Origin: a virus | Lineage: Duplodnaviria; Caudoviricetes | IMG/VR virus record: IMGVR_UViG_3300027708_000013 | Strand: one strand, 5' to 3' | DNA length: 64,000 bases | Part shown: piece by piece, positions 1-9,824 of the stretch | How the letters are laid out: each line of letters begins with the position of its first letter | How positions within the stretch are numbered: position 1 is the stretch's first letter | The notes under the pieces: generated by a model | What the model was told of the DNA's origin: nothing | Databases searched by the model: none | What the model saw: only the letters and a program-made list of their open reading frames with translations | Position numbers and translations under genes: made by a program

Positions 1-1478
1 TCAGTTTTACCTGTGCCGGTGGGCCCTAAAAACAAAAAGTTGCCAATGGGCTTGTTGATTGATTTCAATCCAGCACGGCTGACATAGATCTTTTCCAATA
101 CAGTGTCCACTACCGATTCTTGTCCGTATAGGCGATTTTTAATATTGCTTTCTAAACTGTCAAGATTTTTAATTGACTCGGTGCCGATTTGATCCACTGG
201 GATTTTGGTAAATCTACTGATGACATCTACAATGTCACCGCGTTGTACACACCAATCAGTTTCACGTATTTTTAATCTAGCACAGGCTGAATCAATCAAA
301 TCAATGGCCTTGTCCGGCAATCGTTTATCTGTTTGATAACGTACACTCAAGTCCACAGCAGCATCAATAGCTGAGTCGTCAATGACGCCGCCATGAAATG
401 TTTCGAAGTGTGTGCGTAGGCCACGCAGTATATCTTTGGCCACAGCAGGTGTTGGTTCTTCCACTGTTAATCTATGGAAGCGACGCATGAGAGCACGATC
501 TTTTTCAAAACTTTGACTGTATTCTTCCCATGTGGTTGACGCAATAACTTTGATTTGACCTTTGGCCAAGGCTGGCTTGATCATGTTAGAAAAGTCTACA
601 TTGCTTTGGCTTCCGGCTCCGGCACCACGCATTTGATGTGCTTCATCAATAAACAATATGCATTTGCCTTGAGCAATCAAAGCGGCAACGACATCTTTGA
701 GCTTTTCCTCAAAGTCTCCGCGATACTTGCTGCCGGCCAATAGACTTCCAATGTCCAGGTTATAAACTGTATGGTCCCGCAAATAGTCAGGAACTGCTCC
801 ATCCACTATGTTTTTTGCCAAGCCTTCGGCAATGGCAGTTTTACCAACACCGGGATCACCAATTAGTAATATGTTTGATTTATTGCGTTTGGCCAACACC
901 TGTGCTATTTCATCAATCTCGTAATCTCTACCAATCACAGGATCAATTTTGCCCGCACGTGCCTGTGCATTCAAGTCGGTACAGTACTGTTCTAATGTTT
1001 CAGTAGATTTGATATTGACAGCACGGGCCTTACCACGCTTGGTGGAATAATTGTCATTGTAATAATCCAATACATCTTGACGATTGTCAAGTCCATATTT
1101 TAATAAAAAATAATGTGCGTAACTGTTGTGTTCGGCAAACACACTGATGTATAAATCAATCACCTGCATGGTGGATCTGCCACTGAACAGCACTTGAGTA
1201 AATGCACGATTAAACACACGTTCCAGTGCATTGGTTTTCTTGGGTTCTGTGAACTCCACAGCACTGACTAAGAATACCTGGTCGGATAGATAATTATCTA
1301 AATCGTTTTGTAATCCCTCAACATCTACGCCGTAACTATCTAAAAATTCACCAAACGGCTCATATGCGACTAGACTTTTTAGCAAGTGTTCCAAAGTCAC
1401 ATATTCGTGATTCAGTGCCCTGGCAGTGTCGCTGGCATTTTTAATAATTACTTCTATTTCAGGATTGGGTTGTATCAT
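1..1478 (-). CDS. clpA: ClpA-like AAA+ protease/chaperone ATPase subunit (3' end truncated by window edge)
   Basis: Manual translation from ATG at 1478: MIQPNPEIEVIIKNA...HEYVTLEHLL (Clp N domain), NBD1 Walker A GDPGVGKT, Walker B IDEAH, NBD2 Walker A FLGPTGTGKTE at the window edge. No ClpB middle domain is apparent. Confidence 0.9.
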   Translation of the reverse strand, partial: MIQPNPEIEVIIKNASDTARALNHEYVTLEHLLKSLVAYEPFGEFLDSYGVDVEGLQNDLDNYLSDQVFLVSAVEFTEPKKTNALERVFNRAFTQVLFSGRSTMQVIDLYISVFAEHNSYAHYFLLKYGLDNRQDVLDYYNDNYSTKRGKARAVNIKSTETLEQYCTDLNAQARAGKIDPVIGRDYEIDEIAQVLAKRNKSNILLIGDPGVGKTAIAEGLAKNIVDGAVPDYLRDHTVYNLDIGSLLAGSKYRGDFEEKLKDVVAALIAQGKCILFIDEAHQMRGAGAGSQSNVDFSNMIKPALAKGQIKVIASTTWEEYSQSFEKDRALMRRFHRLTVEEPTPAVAKDILRGLRTHFETFHGGVIDDSAIDAAVDLSVRYQTDKRLPDKAIDLIDSACARLKIRETDWCVQRGDIVDVISRFTKIPVDQIGTESIKNLDSLESNIKNRLYGQESVVDTVLEKIYVSRAGLKSINKPIGNFLFLGPTGTGKT

Positions 1479-1511
1479 CCGGTCTTCCAAGTTAGTGCCT
1501 CGTAAAGATAT

Positions 1512-2360
1512 TTATTGAGAGATCTTAATTTGTTTAATTAAGTCTAGTTGAGCAGTTGAAAGATTTCTTGGAACTGTAATCATTATTTTAACAAGTAAAT
1601 TGCCTCTTTGCGAGCTGTTTAATTGCCAGACTCCGTTGTTGGGTATTCTGAATAAATTATCGTGCTGTGCACCTGGGGGTACGGTAAGTAAAAATTTACT
1701 GCCATCGATACCGACAACTTCGGTTTCTGTACCAGTGACAGCGTCTAAACAATCAACTTCCACAGCAGTGACCACATCTAGGTCATGCAGTTCAAACCCT
1801 GGTGGAACAGCCACAGCAAATACCACATATAAATCGCCCCTGGGTAATGAATTGAAAAAATTATCTCCCAGTCCAGAATACTTGATTTGTGTACCATGAG
1901 TCACACCTCTGGGTATGGTGACTTCCACTGTTTCTCTGTGTCCGTTTGTGGTTTGAACGCTGATTGTTCGAGTTTGATCCGCCAAGGTGCTGGCCAAATC
2001 CACAGTGATTTCTATACGTAGATCTTTGTTGCGTCTTGGCTGTTGGTGTGCATGCCAGGGAGCACCACCCCCAAAGTTAAATCCAAACTGTTGAAAAATA
2101 CTTTCCATCCCTGGTGGAACACCTGAAAATGGTTGTCCATTGAAATTGAATCTGATGCCACCGGGATTGGCTTGTTCGTGATCATACTGGGCTCTGCGAT
2201 CTGCATCACTGATGACATCATAGGCTGCTTGTAATGTTTGGAATGTGGCGGTGTCTCCTCCACGGTCAGGATGATGCTGACTGGCTAATTTTCTATAAGC
2301 TCGTTTGATTTCTTCTGGGGTAGCTGATTCGTCAACCCCCAGTGTAGCGTAGTGTGTCAT
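1512..2360 (-). CDS. dnaJ: J-domain co-chaperone (class II, CbpA-like, no zinc finger)
   Basis: N-terminal J domain with HPD, G/F-rich linker, DnaJ C-terminal domains (RGDLYV, RGNLLV). Confidence 0.92.
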   Translation of the reverse strand: MTHYATLGVDESATPEEIKRAYRKLASQHHPDRGGDTATFQTLQAAYDVISDADRRAQYDHEQANPGGIRFNFNGQPFSGVPPGMESIFQQFGFNFGGGAPWHAHQQPRRNKDLRIEITVDLASTLADQTRTISVQTTNGHRETVEVTIPRGVTHGTQIKYSGLGDNFFNSLPRGDLYVVFAVAVPPGFELHDLDVVTAVEVDCLDAVTGTETEVVGIDGSKFLLTVPPGAQHDNLFRIPNNGVWQLNSSQRGNLLVKIMITVPRNLSTAQLDLIKQIKISQ

Positions 2361-2366
2361 ACTGCT

Positions 2367-2395
2367 AGTGTAAACGAAAACTCGGTTACAGTCAA
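2367..2395 (-). promoter_or_regulatory. sigma70-type promoter, probably giving a leaderless dnaJ mRNA
   Basis: TTGACT-17-TACACT, then 6 nt, then the ATG at 2360. Confidence 0.65.
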
Positions 2396-2399
2396 GTGG

Positions 2400-2939
2400 T
2401 TAGGCCTTACCGGCTATCTTTTCTTGGCTACGTCCATAAGCAGCTAATCCCAACACAGCACCCATGGCAATGTGATACAATCCTGCACCTTGCAGTGTCA
2501 GTGGGCTCCACTGACTGGTCACTGATCCATGAAATACAGCCTGCAATAAACTCCATAATATTGGAAATACCACAAAGTCAGTGGTACAGGTAATCATGTA
2601 TATAACTGCCATCATGGGGCGCCATTTACTGTTGATAAAGTTGCCAAACCCATGGCTGGTTTCAATTGCAGAGGTGCCACCTTCTTGCATGGCCCCACCG
2701 GTACTGGCTAAATTGCTGTTGGCCTGTCCAGTGCCTGAGTAGTTATTGGTTTGAGTCATTGCACTGGAACTGGCACCAAACCCACTGCCAAAACCAGATG
2801 GAGTACTGCCAAATGACGAAGGAGCAACACTCATGCTGTTACCCATTGGCACACTTCCAAAGGCTGGAGCTGGTGTAGCGGGTACAGGTGCTACGGCTGT
2901 AGCGGCTGAGTTTGAATCTGATGGGTCTAGTTTTGGCAT
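2400..2939 (-). CDS. Putative holin (C-terminal transmembrane helices, long low-complexity N-terminus)
   Basis: KWRPMMAVIY...LGLAAYGRSQEK resembles the GTA-type 3TM holin family; last gene of the lysis cassette. Confidence 0.7.
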   Translation of the reverse strand: MPKLDPSDSNSAATAVAPVPATPAPAFGSVPMGNSMSVAPSSFGSTPSGFGSGFGASSSAMTQTNNYSGTGQANSNLASTGGAMQEGGTSAIETSHGFGNFINSKWRPMMAVIYMITCTTDFVVFPILWSLLQAVFHGSVTSQWSPLTLQGAGLYHIAMGAVLGLAAYGRSQEKIAGKA

Positions 2940-2955
2940 ATTTTTCCTTTTATTT

Positions 2956-3255
2956 TTATTTTACGGCATCCCAAATTTGTTTTTGTTCCCGATACCACTG
3001 TTGCCAAGATTCGTATTTTTGTTTTAGTATGTAGTACTCACCAAAATTGGCATTGGCATTTTCTAACAGATCGGTTAAGGTTTTTTTGTCTGCGGGCAAA
3101 GGAGTTAAATCATTTGCTGGTGCTGAGAGCTCTGCTGGAACCTTGGGCCACTGCATTTTTTGTGGACTGGTTGTAGAGCATCCAAGCAGTGTCAGACAAC
3201 CGACACTCAGCGTTAATACTGTCACGCTGTGCTTCAATTGCTTGATTGTTGGCAT
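2956..3255 (-). CDS. Putative o-spanin (Rz1-like lipoprotein)
   Basis: Lipobox LLGC, Pro-rich mature region, overlaps the 3' end of the upstream membrane gene. Confidence 0.7.
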   Translation of the reverse strand: MPTIKQLKHSVTVLTLSVGCLTLLGCSTTSPQKMQWPKVPAELSAPANDLTPLPADKKTLTDLLENANANFGEYYILKQKYESWQQWYREQKQIWDAVK

Positions 3256-3601
3256 TTGTGTTCTCCTTGATTATTTTTACTTCTTTGACAATTTTTTCTT
3301 TGATCACTGTGTTGACTTTCCCCGACTTGACTTCAGCCTCGGCCACTTTCTCTGCCATCGCTTCCAGTTCATGTTTCCAAACAGCAGTGACACCGGCGCT
3401 GCCCAACATAAAAACACCAAACAGCATAGTGGCAAATCCTAGATATTTAACAGCAACACCGGTGAGTTTTGCCTGCACAAAAGGAACAGCAGAAAGAAAT
3501 CCGCTGAAAAAATATGCAACAGCACCCAGTCCAGCAATTAACGCCCAGAACTCAGCGGGTATGTTGCCAATTATGTGTTGGATTATCCAGCCAAACATCA
3601 T
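3110..3601 (-). CDS. Putative i-spanin (Rz-like)
   Basis: N-terminal TM segments, coiled-coil periplasmic part, lies between endolysin and lipoprotein. Confidence 0.65.
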   Translation of the reverse strand: MMFGWIIQHIIGNIPAEFWALIAGLGAVAYFFSGFLSAVPFVQAKLTGVAVKYLGFATMLFGVFMLGSAGVTAVWKHELEAMAEKVAEAEVKSGKVNTVIKEKIVKEVKIIKENTNANNQAIEAQRDSINAECRLSDTAWMLYNQSTKNAVAQGSSRALSTSK

Positions 3602-4221
3602 GCACTCAATACTTGAACAGCGTGATGAAAACGTGCTGTGCGATCATCTAATCCCAATAATCCACCATTGATGACTCGAGTGGCATGTGCAACATCTCCA
3701 GCATCACTGATGGCATTTAATCCATGATGTTCCCAAAAGAAACAGGCCGATTCCACAGCACCTTCGGGTGTTTCACAATACTTTACACACTCGTCAAGTG
3801 CCATACCAATTTCTTTGGCAAACGCCACATAGTTGCTTTTGCCTGTAAGTTGTATCAAGCCACGACCGTGAAACTTCCAACCATCGCCCGATGCTTCGGG
3901 ACCATTGCCCATTCTATCACAGTAGGCACGATTGGCAATCTTTTCTGGATTGTGTTCGTATAATTTTGCTATGTCTGGGGGGAAACGCTTGGGCCATGTA
4001 CCGGTTAATCCAGAGGCACGATAGTTTAAATTTTCAGTAAGTGCTGTGTAGCCACCTGATTCATGTGCTGTTTGTGCAATAAACATGGCCACACGTGAAA
4101 CAGAAGTTATATTATATTTGGGGAGTTCTTTACTCAAGGCATTGTACCACTCGGTGATGTGTGGATTGTGTGGTAATAATTGAGCTAATTGATTGGCTGT
4201 AAATGTAAATTCAAAACTCAT
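3598..4221 (-). CDS. Endolysin, glycoside hydrolase family 19
   Basis: FIAQTAHESGG, ENLNY, RGRGLIQLTG-like (HGRGLIQLTGKSNY), TRVINGG motifs. Confidence 0.92.
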   Translation of the reverse strand: MSFEFTFTANQLAQLLPHNPHITEWYNALSKELPKYNITSVSRVAMFIAQTAHESGGYTALTENLNYRASGLTGTWPKRFPPDIAKLYEHNPEKIANRAYCDRMGNGPEASGDGWKFHGRGLIQLTGKSNYVAFAKEIGMALDECVKYCETPEGAVESACFFWEHHGLNAISDAGDVAHATRVINGGLLGLDDRTARFHHAVQVLSA

Positions 4222-4289
4222 CGAAATCTCCTAAACAGTGTTGATAAAACTATTTATCAAAATTTGAATTTTAATTTGTTACAGGTTTG

Positions 4290-4835
4290 TTATTTTAAGC
4301 CGGCTGCAATGCGTAAGCTTTCGGTGAAATCGTTGACCGGTGCTCGTGTGGTAATTTGTACTCCCGCCACAGCTCGCATTTCGTCCAAGGCCTCGCTACC
4401 AAATCTACGATGATATTCCTCACTGGTGGTGGGGATTAATTTTTTTAAACTATCAACAGTCAATGGATTATCTGTATGATCTTTGTAGTAACGAACACGC
4501 CATTGTTCCAACTGTTGACCAGTTAGATTCATTATATCCTGCATCATCTCAATGATGTGTTCAGGCACTGTGGAATTGCGTTCACATTCAACAAACACAA
4601 TGTAATCACCGTCGTCCATTTCTCCGGAACTGACATCAGCATCAATAATCCAATCGTAACCTTTTTCAATGAAGTTTACCAAGTCAGTGGCTGGTTCTTT
4701 ACCCACAACTTTAAAGCTGATCACAACAACATCTTCGTCGCGACCCAGTTTGCTCTTGAACTCGTCACAATGCAATTCTGTGTGTACTAGACGTTTTAAA
4801 TCGCCCTGTTCTAAACCTTCGTGTAATTGTGTCAT
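4290..4835 (-). CDS. Hypothetical phage protein
   Basis: 181 aa ORF, translationally coupled to the upstream gene. Confidence 0.6.
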   Translation of the reverse strand: MTQLHEGLEQGDLKRLVHTELHCDEFKSKLGRDEDVVVISFKVVGKEPATDLVNFIEKGYDWIIDADVSSGEMDDGDYIVFVECERNSTVPEHIIEMMQDIMNLTGQQLEQWRVRYYKDHTDNPLTVDSLKKLIPTTSEEYHRRFGSEALDEMRAVAGVQITTRAPVNDFTESLRIAAGLK

Positions 4836-5425
4836 TGTGCAGGTGCTCCTGTAGGGGCTGGTGCTGGTGCACCCGAGGCTTGTGCGTTTTCTTGATCAGC
4901 CTGTTCGCCGCTTTGGTACATTTCATCGTCCAAGCCTTCCTCGTAACTGGCTTCCACGTCTTCACTGTTGAGTGTTTCGTTGTCTAATTCTAAACTGCCT
5001 TGATGTATGTCTTGCATGAGTTTTTTAGGAACTGTGATCTCTACCAGCCAAATTGGTGCTTTGGCCATTTTTGCCAGTTTAGTACCAGGCTGAAAATCCA
5101 TGGGGCTTTTGAGTTTGATGGGATAACTTATGGTGTCTCGATGATACTTGACCACACATCCGTAGTCAGCTAAACGTTTGGCACCACGTGTGTCGGGCTT
5201 GGTTTTGTACGGCCACATAAAAGTGCAGGTGACAAAATATTTTTCGTAAACAGGCCCTTCTACTAGCTCGCCCTGTTTCCAGTGATCAAATGTGTATATG
5301 TCCAGTTCATCAATGATACGTTCAAAATCTAACAACGTATTGAGACTGCTGTCGGTCATGTAGATATCTTTGGTGTTTTCTATAACATCAGAAATACTAC
5401 GAGATTTGCGGGATAATTCAGTCAT
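4832..5425 (-). CDS. Hypothetical phage protein with acidic C-terminus
   Basis: 197 aa ORF preceded by a TAAATA motif. Confidence 0.6.
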   Translation of the reverse strand: MTELSRKSRSISDVIENTKDIYMTDSSLNTLLDFERIIDELDIYTFDHWKQGELVEGPVYEKYFVTCTFMWPYKTKPDTRGAKRLADYGCVVKYHRDTISYPIKLKSPMDFQPGTKLAKMAKAPIWLVEITVPKKLMQDIHQGSLELDNETLNSEDVEASYEEGLDDEMYQSGEQADQENAQASGAPAPAPTGAPAQ

Positions 5426-5464
5426 ATTAGTATAAGTTTATACTTTATTTATCTGTATCAAACG

Positions 5465-6127
5465 TTATACCGTTATAGAATCAGCTCGTGCCAATAGTTC
5501 TAAAAACGCATCGGTAGCAGGTGTGCGTACACCTGTTACTTGTAAGGTAACTCTTGGCGTATGTCCAGCGTTGGCAGTTGAGTGTGGAACATTTTGCCAG
5601 TCAAATGTAGTAACATCTCCGGCTCGCCAACCAGAATGTGTGTAGTTTCCGTAACTCCAAAAATGCCCGGGTTGCCAATTGGTTAGTTGTATTTGTACCC
5701 GTAATACACTATCGGGACTGTTGGGATTCCATTTTTCCAACTTGTCTAGATGTAAGTTCCATACTTCTCCGGGCTGTTGTATATGAATTCTGGTCATAGC
5801 ATCTTCCATGGCAAACCGATCAGCCATGCGTTGAAACTTATCGGGTATATTCCAGTTCAAGTGTGTGATTATGTAATCTCGACCGTAGCCTTCACGCTCA
5901 AGATCGTATTCTTCTGCGGCTAATTCCTCTTCGGGTCTAGTGTTGCTTGCCTGCCCACGAGTACGCCAAGTTGCCGGTTTGGCAGTGGCAATGACTTCGG
6001 CAAGTTCTTTATCCCAATTGGCCTCAAACTGCCCGAGACGAATCACTGTGTCGTATTGTGGATCTATTTTTGTTGGATCAAAATGATACCGGCTTCTTGT
6101 TTTTGTTGTGTCCCATGAACTGATCAT
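5465..6127 (-). CDS. 2OG-Fe(II) oxygenase / cupin-fold hydroxylase-like protein
   Basis: HLD...H facial triad (WNLHLDK ... VPHSTAN) and RVTLQVTG strand. Confidence 0.7.
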   Translation of the reverse strand: MISSWDTTKTRSRYHFDPTKIDPQYDTVIRLGQFEANWDKELAEVIATAKPATWRTRGQASNTRPEEELAAEEYDLEREGYGRDYIITHLNWNIPDKFQRMADRFAMEDAMTRIHIQQPGEVWNLHLDKLEKWNPNSPDSVLRVQIQLTNWQPGHFWSYGNYTHSGWRAGDVTTFDWQNVPHSTANAGHTPRVTLQVTGVRTPATDAFLELLARADSITV

Positions 6128-6744
6128 ATCACTGTTACCTTTATGTCTGACGCTACATAGTCTTGATAATACTCTTTTGCAGGTGTTGCAATGCCCAACG
6201 TTCTTGCCAGTTGCCTATTGGTTTCCATGATTTTTGCTGGATATTCCCTTGCGGCTGCTCTATTACCTGCATTTTCTCTCGCAATGGCCGCGGCCATGGA
6301 TCTTAGATCTTTGTAGTAATCCCTATAGGCAGGATAGCTAATTTTAAACTCGCCACACTTGACCCACCAGCCTAGGCAAGCATCATCTGATCTATCAATC
6401 AGCACAACAGGGCAGTCAGGCCAGGTTCTTTTGATATAGTCAATGTGATATCCAAACACATGGCTTTTGATAATACGTACCCCGGTGCCTGAGAACGGGC
6501 GATCAAACTCAGCTTCACATTCTTCTTTGGAGTATTCATTTAAACGTTCAAACCCATCGCCAAACTCCATGGCTGGACCCCAATATACTCCCAGGTGCAT
6601 TAAATCATATGTGCCCGAAGCATCGTGCCAATAGGTACGCTGATCACTGTAATCTGTGCTGTCAACGTCGGCACTGTAGTAGATGTTTTTAACCACACTG
6701 CTCCACTTGGAGCCAGGAGCTCCACTGACAAAAATATATTTCAT
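6124..6744 (-). CDS. P-loop / sulfotransferase-like protein
   Basis: N-terminal IFVSGAPGSKWS and IIKSH motifs. Confidence 0.5.
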   Translation of the reverse strand: MKYIFVSGAPGSKWSSVVKNIYYSADVDSTDYSDQRTYWHDASGTYDLMHLGVYWGPAMEFGDGFERLNEYSKEECEAEFDRPFSGTGVRIIKSHVFGYHIDYIKRTWPDCPVVLIDRSDDACLGWWVKCGEFKISYPAYRDYYKDLRSMAAAIARENAGNRAAAREYPAKIMETNRQLARTLGIATPAKEYYQDYVASDIKVTVI

Positions 6745-6745
6745 A

Positions 6746-7330
6746 TTAAATTTTCTTAAACCATTTTTTATGTAGAGATAAACAAAAATCTAGATCTAAA
6801 TTTAAGTTTAAATTGTTGTTAATTGCTGTTAAAAAATCTGTAATATCTGATTTAAATAAATCATTGGGATTAATATTATACATGTTATCTTTCGTTGTTT
6901 CAAAAATTGTTGAAACAACGTTACCACTGTACGCCCACCTAGTTAATGTAGTATCATTAAAATTTATTCTTTGATTTATTGTATCAGTTAATGTTTGCCA
7001 TTCAAAATATATAAACAAAAATTGTGATAAATCCCGTATTGTTTGAAAAACATAATAAGTTTCATCAATATGTCCAACTATAATAAACGGTTTATCTGCT
7101 TTTTTAATAATTTGATAAACTTCAGTGGGATTAAAATGAGTGAATCCTACATGGGCATTTTTAATAGGAGACGAATAGTACTCATCTAAAATTATTTTAT
7201 ATTTATCATCACTTTCTTTAAGCAATCTATTGTTTATTTTTGGAGATGTAGAAATCATGTTGGCGAGATGATTCCCGCCCATTCCGGGAGGAAATAAAAC
7301 TATTATTGTTTTATAATTTTTGATATCCAT
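6746..7330 (-). CDS. AT-rich hypothetical protein, sulfotransferase-like N-terminus
   Basis: Likely start MDIKNYK at 7330; IIVLFPPGMGGNHLANMI motif; visibly more AT-rich than neighbours. Confidence 0.45.
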   Translation of the reverse strand: MDIKNYKTIIVLFPPGMGGNHLANMISTSPKINNRLLKESDDKYKIILDEYYSSPIKNAHVGFTHFNPTEVYQIIKKADKPFIIVGHIDETYYVFQTIRDLSQFLFIYFEWQTLTDTINQRINFNDTTLTRWAYSGNVVSTIFETTKDNMYNINPNDLFKSDITDFLTAINNNLNLNLDLDFCLSLHKKWFKKI

Positions 7331-7346
7331 TACTAATCGATATATT

Positions 7347-8300
7347 TCATTCAGGTTTGATCTTTCTAGCAACAGGTTGCCACACAGAGCGTAAACGTAA
7401 CATGCTGGCTCTAACACCGGCGGGTGAGTGTTCGGCGGGTGTGATAAACATCAAGTTTTCTGCAAATTTCGCTCCGGCTTCAGTACTTCTAATTGCTGGT
7501 ACAAACTGGTCTCGATACCAGGCCTGCACATCAGCAGGTGTGCCCCGGGGTAACACAATATTCCAGCATCCATGTATCGATAATCCTGGAGCAACTGTTT
7601 GCATCAATGGTGCTGATTCTAATCCTTTTAGTGGCTGTTCATTGGCAATACCAATTAATTTTAATTTACCTGCTTGTGCATGTGGCCATCCAACTGCCAC
7701 AGGTGTAACTCCGAATTCAACATGTCCTGCTACGACGTCTAACAGGGCTTGAGCCGGTCCTTTGTACATGGGAGTCACTACTGAATCGGTGGGCATTTGC
7801 AGACTATCAACAAGATATTGTACTGCCAGTCTGTGTCCACCACCACCAATGGCAATATTAACTGGTCTCTTTTGACTCTGTATCAATTTGACCAAGTCTT
7901 GAGGGGTGTTGACAGGGCTACCGGGTGCAGCCCAAAATGCCAAGGGACTGCGGGCAATGTTGGCCACTGGTTCAAATTCCTGTGCATCATAACGAACCAT
8001 ATTGCTGTACCATACGTCCGCAGTGACCCAGTTGCTTTGACAAGCAGGCACAGCAACAGTGTATCCATCTGCAGGCACTGTGGCAAAGTGATTCATGGCA
8101 ATGTTGCCATCGGCACCGGGTCTATATTCACTAACAAATGTGGCACTGGTTCGCTTTTCCACTATACTGGCCACAAATCTAAAACTGATTTCATTGCCGG
8201 CACCGGGGCCATTGGGAAATATCACAGTGATGGGTCGTTGTGGTTCCCAGGCAAAAGCCAGCACGGGTATCAATAATAATACTGCTAATAATTTTTTCAT
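7347..8300 (-). CDS. Bug/TctC family tripartite tricarboxylate transporter substrate-binding protein
   Basis: Signal peptide, RPITVIFPNGPGAG, EYRPGADGNIA, PADGYT, YKGPAQALLDVVAGHV motifs. Confidence 0.88.
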   Translation of the reverse strand: MKKLLAVLLLIPVLAFAWEPQRPITVIFPNGPGAGNEISFRFVASIVEKRTSATFVSEYRPGADGNIAMNHFATVPADGYTVAVPACQSNWVTADVWYSNMVRYDAQEFEPVANIARSPLAFWAAPGSPVNTPQDLVKLIQSQKRPVNIAIGGGGHRLAVQYLVDSLQMPTDSVVTPMYKGPAQALLDVVAGHVEFGVTPVAVGWPHAQAGKLKLIGIANEQPLKGLESAPLMQTVAPGLSIHGCWNIVLPRGTPADVQAWYRDQFVPAIRSTEAGAKFAENLMFITPAEHSPAGVRASMLRLRSVWQPVARKIKPE

Positions 8301-8346
8301 ATGCGTTCCTTGCGTTAAATACTACTATTATATTATACTATTAATT

Positions 8347-8913
8347 ATGTTAGATCAACAACACTTAAACAATTATTTTGGAAAAATCTGGAGCCAGCGT
8401 GAACGAAGCCTGGATCAATATCAATACTCGGGCTACGGCCTAGTGGACAAGATACTGCCCGGACAACGAGTACTTGATGTGGGTTGCGGTGTGAATCCTT
8501 TTAAAAACTACATACCAAACCTAACCGGTGTTGATCCGGCATTTGATCAAGCAGACTTTTGCATGACCATAGAAGACTATGCACAAGTTCATTACATACA
8601 GAAATTTCACGTGGCATTTTGCCTGGGCAGTATAAACTTTGGAACTAGAGAAGATATAGAACATCAAATTGCCTGTGTGATCAAATTGCTACATCGCAGA
8701 GATGCCAAGATCTTTTGGCGTTGTAATCCTGCACTGGCAGATCACGGCAATACCGAGTGCGAAACAATACCCTTTTATCCCTGGAGTTTTGATGAGCAAG
8801 TACGCTTGGCTGAACTGTTTGGGTTCAACATTGTGGAAATGGACTGGGACAACGGTAATAGAATCTATGCTGAATGGAACAGCAAAAACATCAGTCAAAA
8901 TGCTGTAGTCTAG
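8347..8913 (+). CDS. Class I SAM-dependent methyltransferase
   Basis: VLDVGCG motif I; likely start ATG 8347 (the upstream extension is a shadow of the Bug gene). Confidence 0.75.
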   Translation: MLDQQHLNNYFGKIWSQRERSLDQYQYSGYGLVDKILPGQRVLDVGCGVNPFKNYIPNLTGVDPAFDQADFCMTIEDYAQVHYIQKFHVAFCLGSINFGTREDIEHQIACVIKLLHRRDAKIFWRCNPALADHGNTECETIPFYPWSFDEQVRLAELFGFNIVEMDWDNGNRIYAEWNSKNISQNAVV

Positions 8914-8966
8914 TTTAATACTTAGCTGAATTTTTACAAGTTATAAACGCAGTTAAATCATCACAC

Positions 8967-9027
8967 AGTATCTCCTTAAATATTTTTGTGAAACACAGTT
9001 CACACAACTAAAACTCAAGGAGATACT
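8967..9027 (+). promoter_or_regulatory. RBS-sequestering hairpin with embedded TAAATA late promoter upstream of phoH
   Basis: Perfect 11 bp inverted repeat AGTATCTCCTT / AAGGAGATACT covering the AAGGAG SD; TAAATA at 8977-8982; inner TGTGAA/TTCACA stem. Confidence 0.6.
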
Positions 9028-9028
9028 T

Positions 9029-9805
9029 TTGGCCAAACGTCGAAACAGAGCAGTAGAAACAACACAATATTATCAAACCAACCTTTCCCGTAACAAACAA
9101 AAAACACCTGATATAAAACTAGTAACCGACGATTACTTTAAACACCAAAATCAGCGACGAAAAGTAGAATTAATACCCAAAAGTCTAAATCAAGAATCAT
9201 ACATAGACTTGCTTACAGATGAATCCAAATTAATTATATTTGCCACAGGCCCAGCCGGCACAGGTAAAACCATGTTGGCAGTTATGGCCGCAATACAAGC
9301 GTACCAAAGAGGAGATTGTAGTAAAATAGTAATCACACGTCCAGCAGTGGGAGTGGACGACGAACAGCATGGCTTCTTACCGGGCGATATCAATGCCAAA
9401 ATGGCACCATGGACTAGACCAATAATGGATGTATTTGCAGAGTACTATCGACAAAGTGAAATAACCTGTATGCTGGATGAAGGCACAATTGAAGTATCAC
9501 CCTTGGCCTACATGAGGGGTAGAACTTTTAAAAATGCCTGGATCATAGCAGACGAAATGCAAAATGCGACACCAAGTCAAATGAAAATGTTGCTCACACG
9601 TCTAGGCGATAACAGTAAGATGGTGGTAACCGGAGATACACAACAGGCAGATCGCCGGGAGTCAGAAAACGGTTTAATTGACGTCAAGCGTCTAGTAGAC
9701 GGATTTGGTGCTAGCAAGTTTATTGCTGGTATAGAGTTTGCGGGACGTGATATACAACGACATGCGGCTGTTGCAGAAGTATTAAAAATTTACGGAGAAA
9801 TTTAA
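9029..9805 (+). CDS. phoH: PhoH-like ATPase
   Basis: GPAGTGKT, GFLPGDI, LAYMRGRTF, ADEMQN, VVTGDTQQAD. Confidence 0.95.
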   Translation: MAKRRNRAVETTQYYQTNLSRNKQKTPDIKLVTDDYFKHQNQRRKVELIPKSLNQESYIDLLTDESKLIIFATGPAGTGKTMLAVMAAIQAYQRGDCSKIVITRPAVGVDDEQHGFLPGDINAKMAPWTRPIMDVFAEYYRQSEITCMLDEGTIEVSPLAYMRGRTFKNAWIIADEMQNATPSQMKMLLTRLGDNSKMVVTGDTQQADRRESENGLIDVKRLVDGFGASKFIAGIEFAGRDIQRHAAVAEVLKIYGEI

Positions 9806-9824
9806 TCAACCACAGCAGTAGAGA

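Noticed and set aside
3047-3671. Plus-strand ORFs of 131 and 141 aa, and similar ones (19191-19577, 43863-44282, 50542-51048, 54632-55114)
   Set aside because: They are antisense to well-supported minus-strand genes and lack RBS or recognisable motifs.
8095-8346. N-terminal extension of the methyltransferase ORF
   Set aside because: It overlaps the Bug gene antisense; ATG 8347 after a TAAATA region is more plausible.
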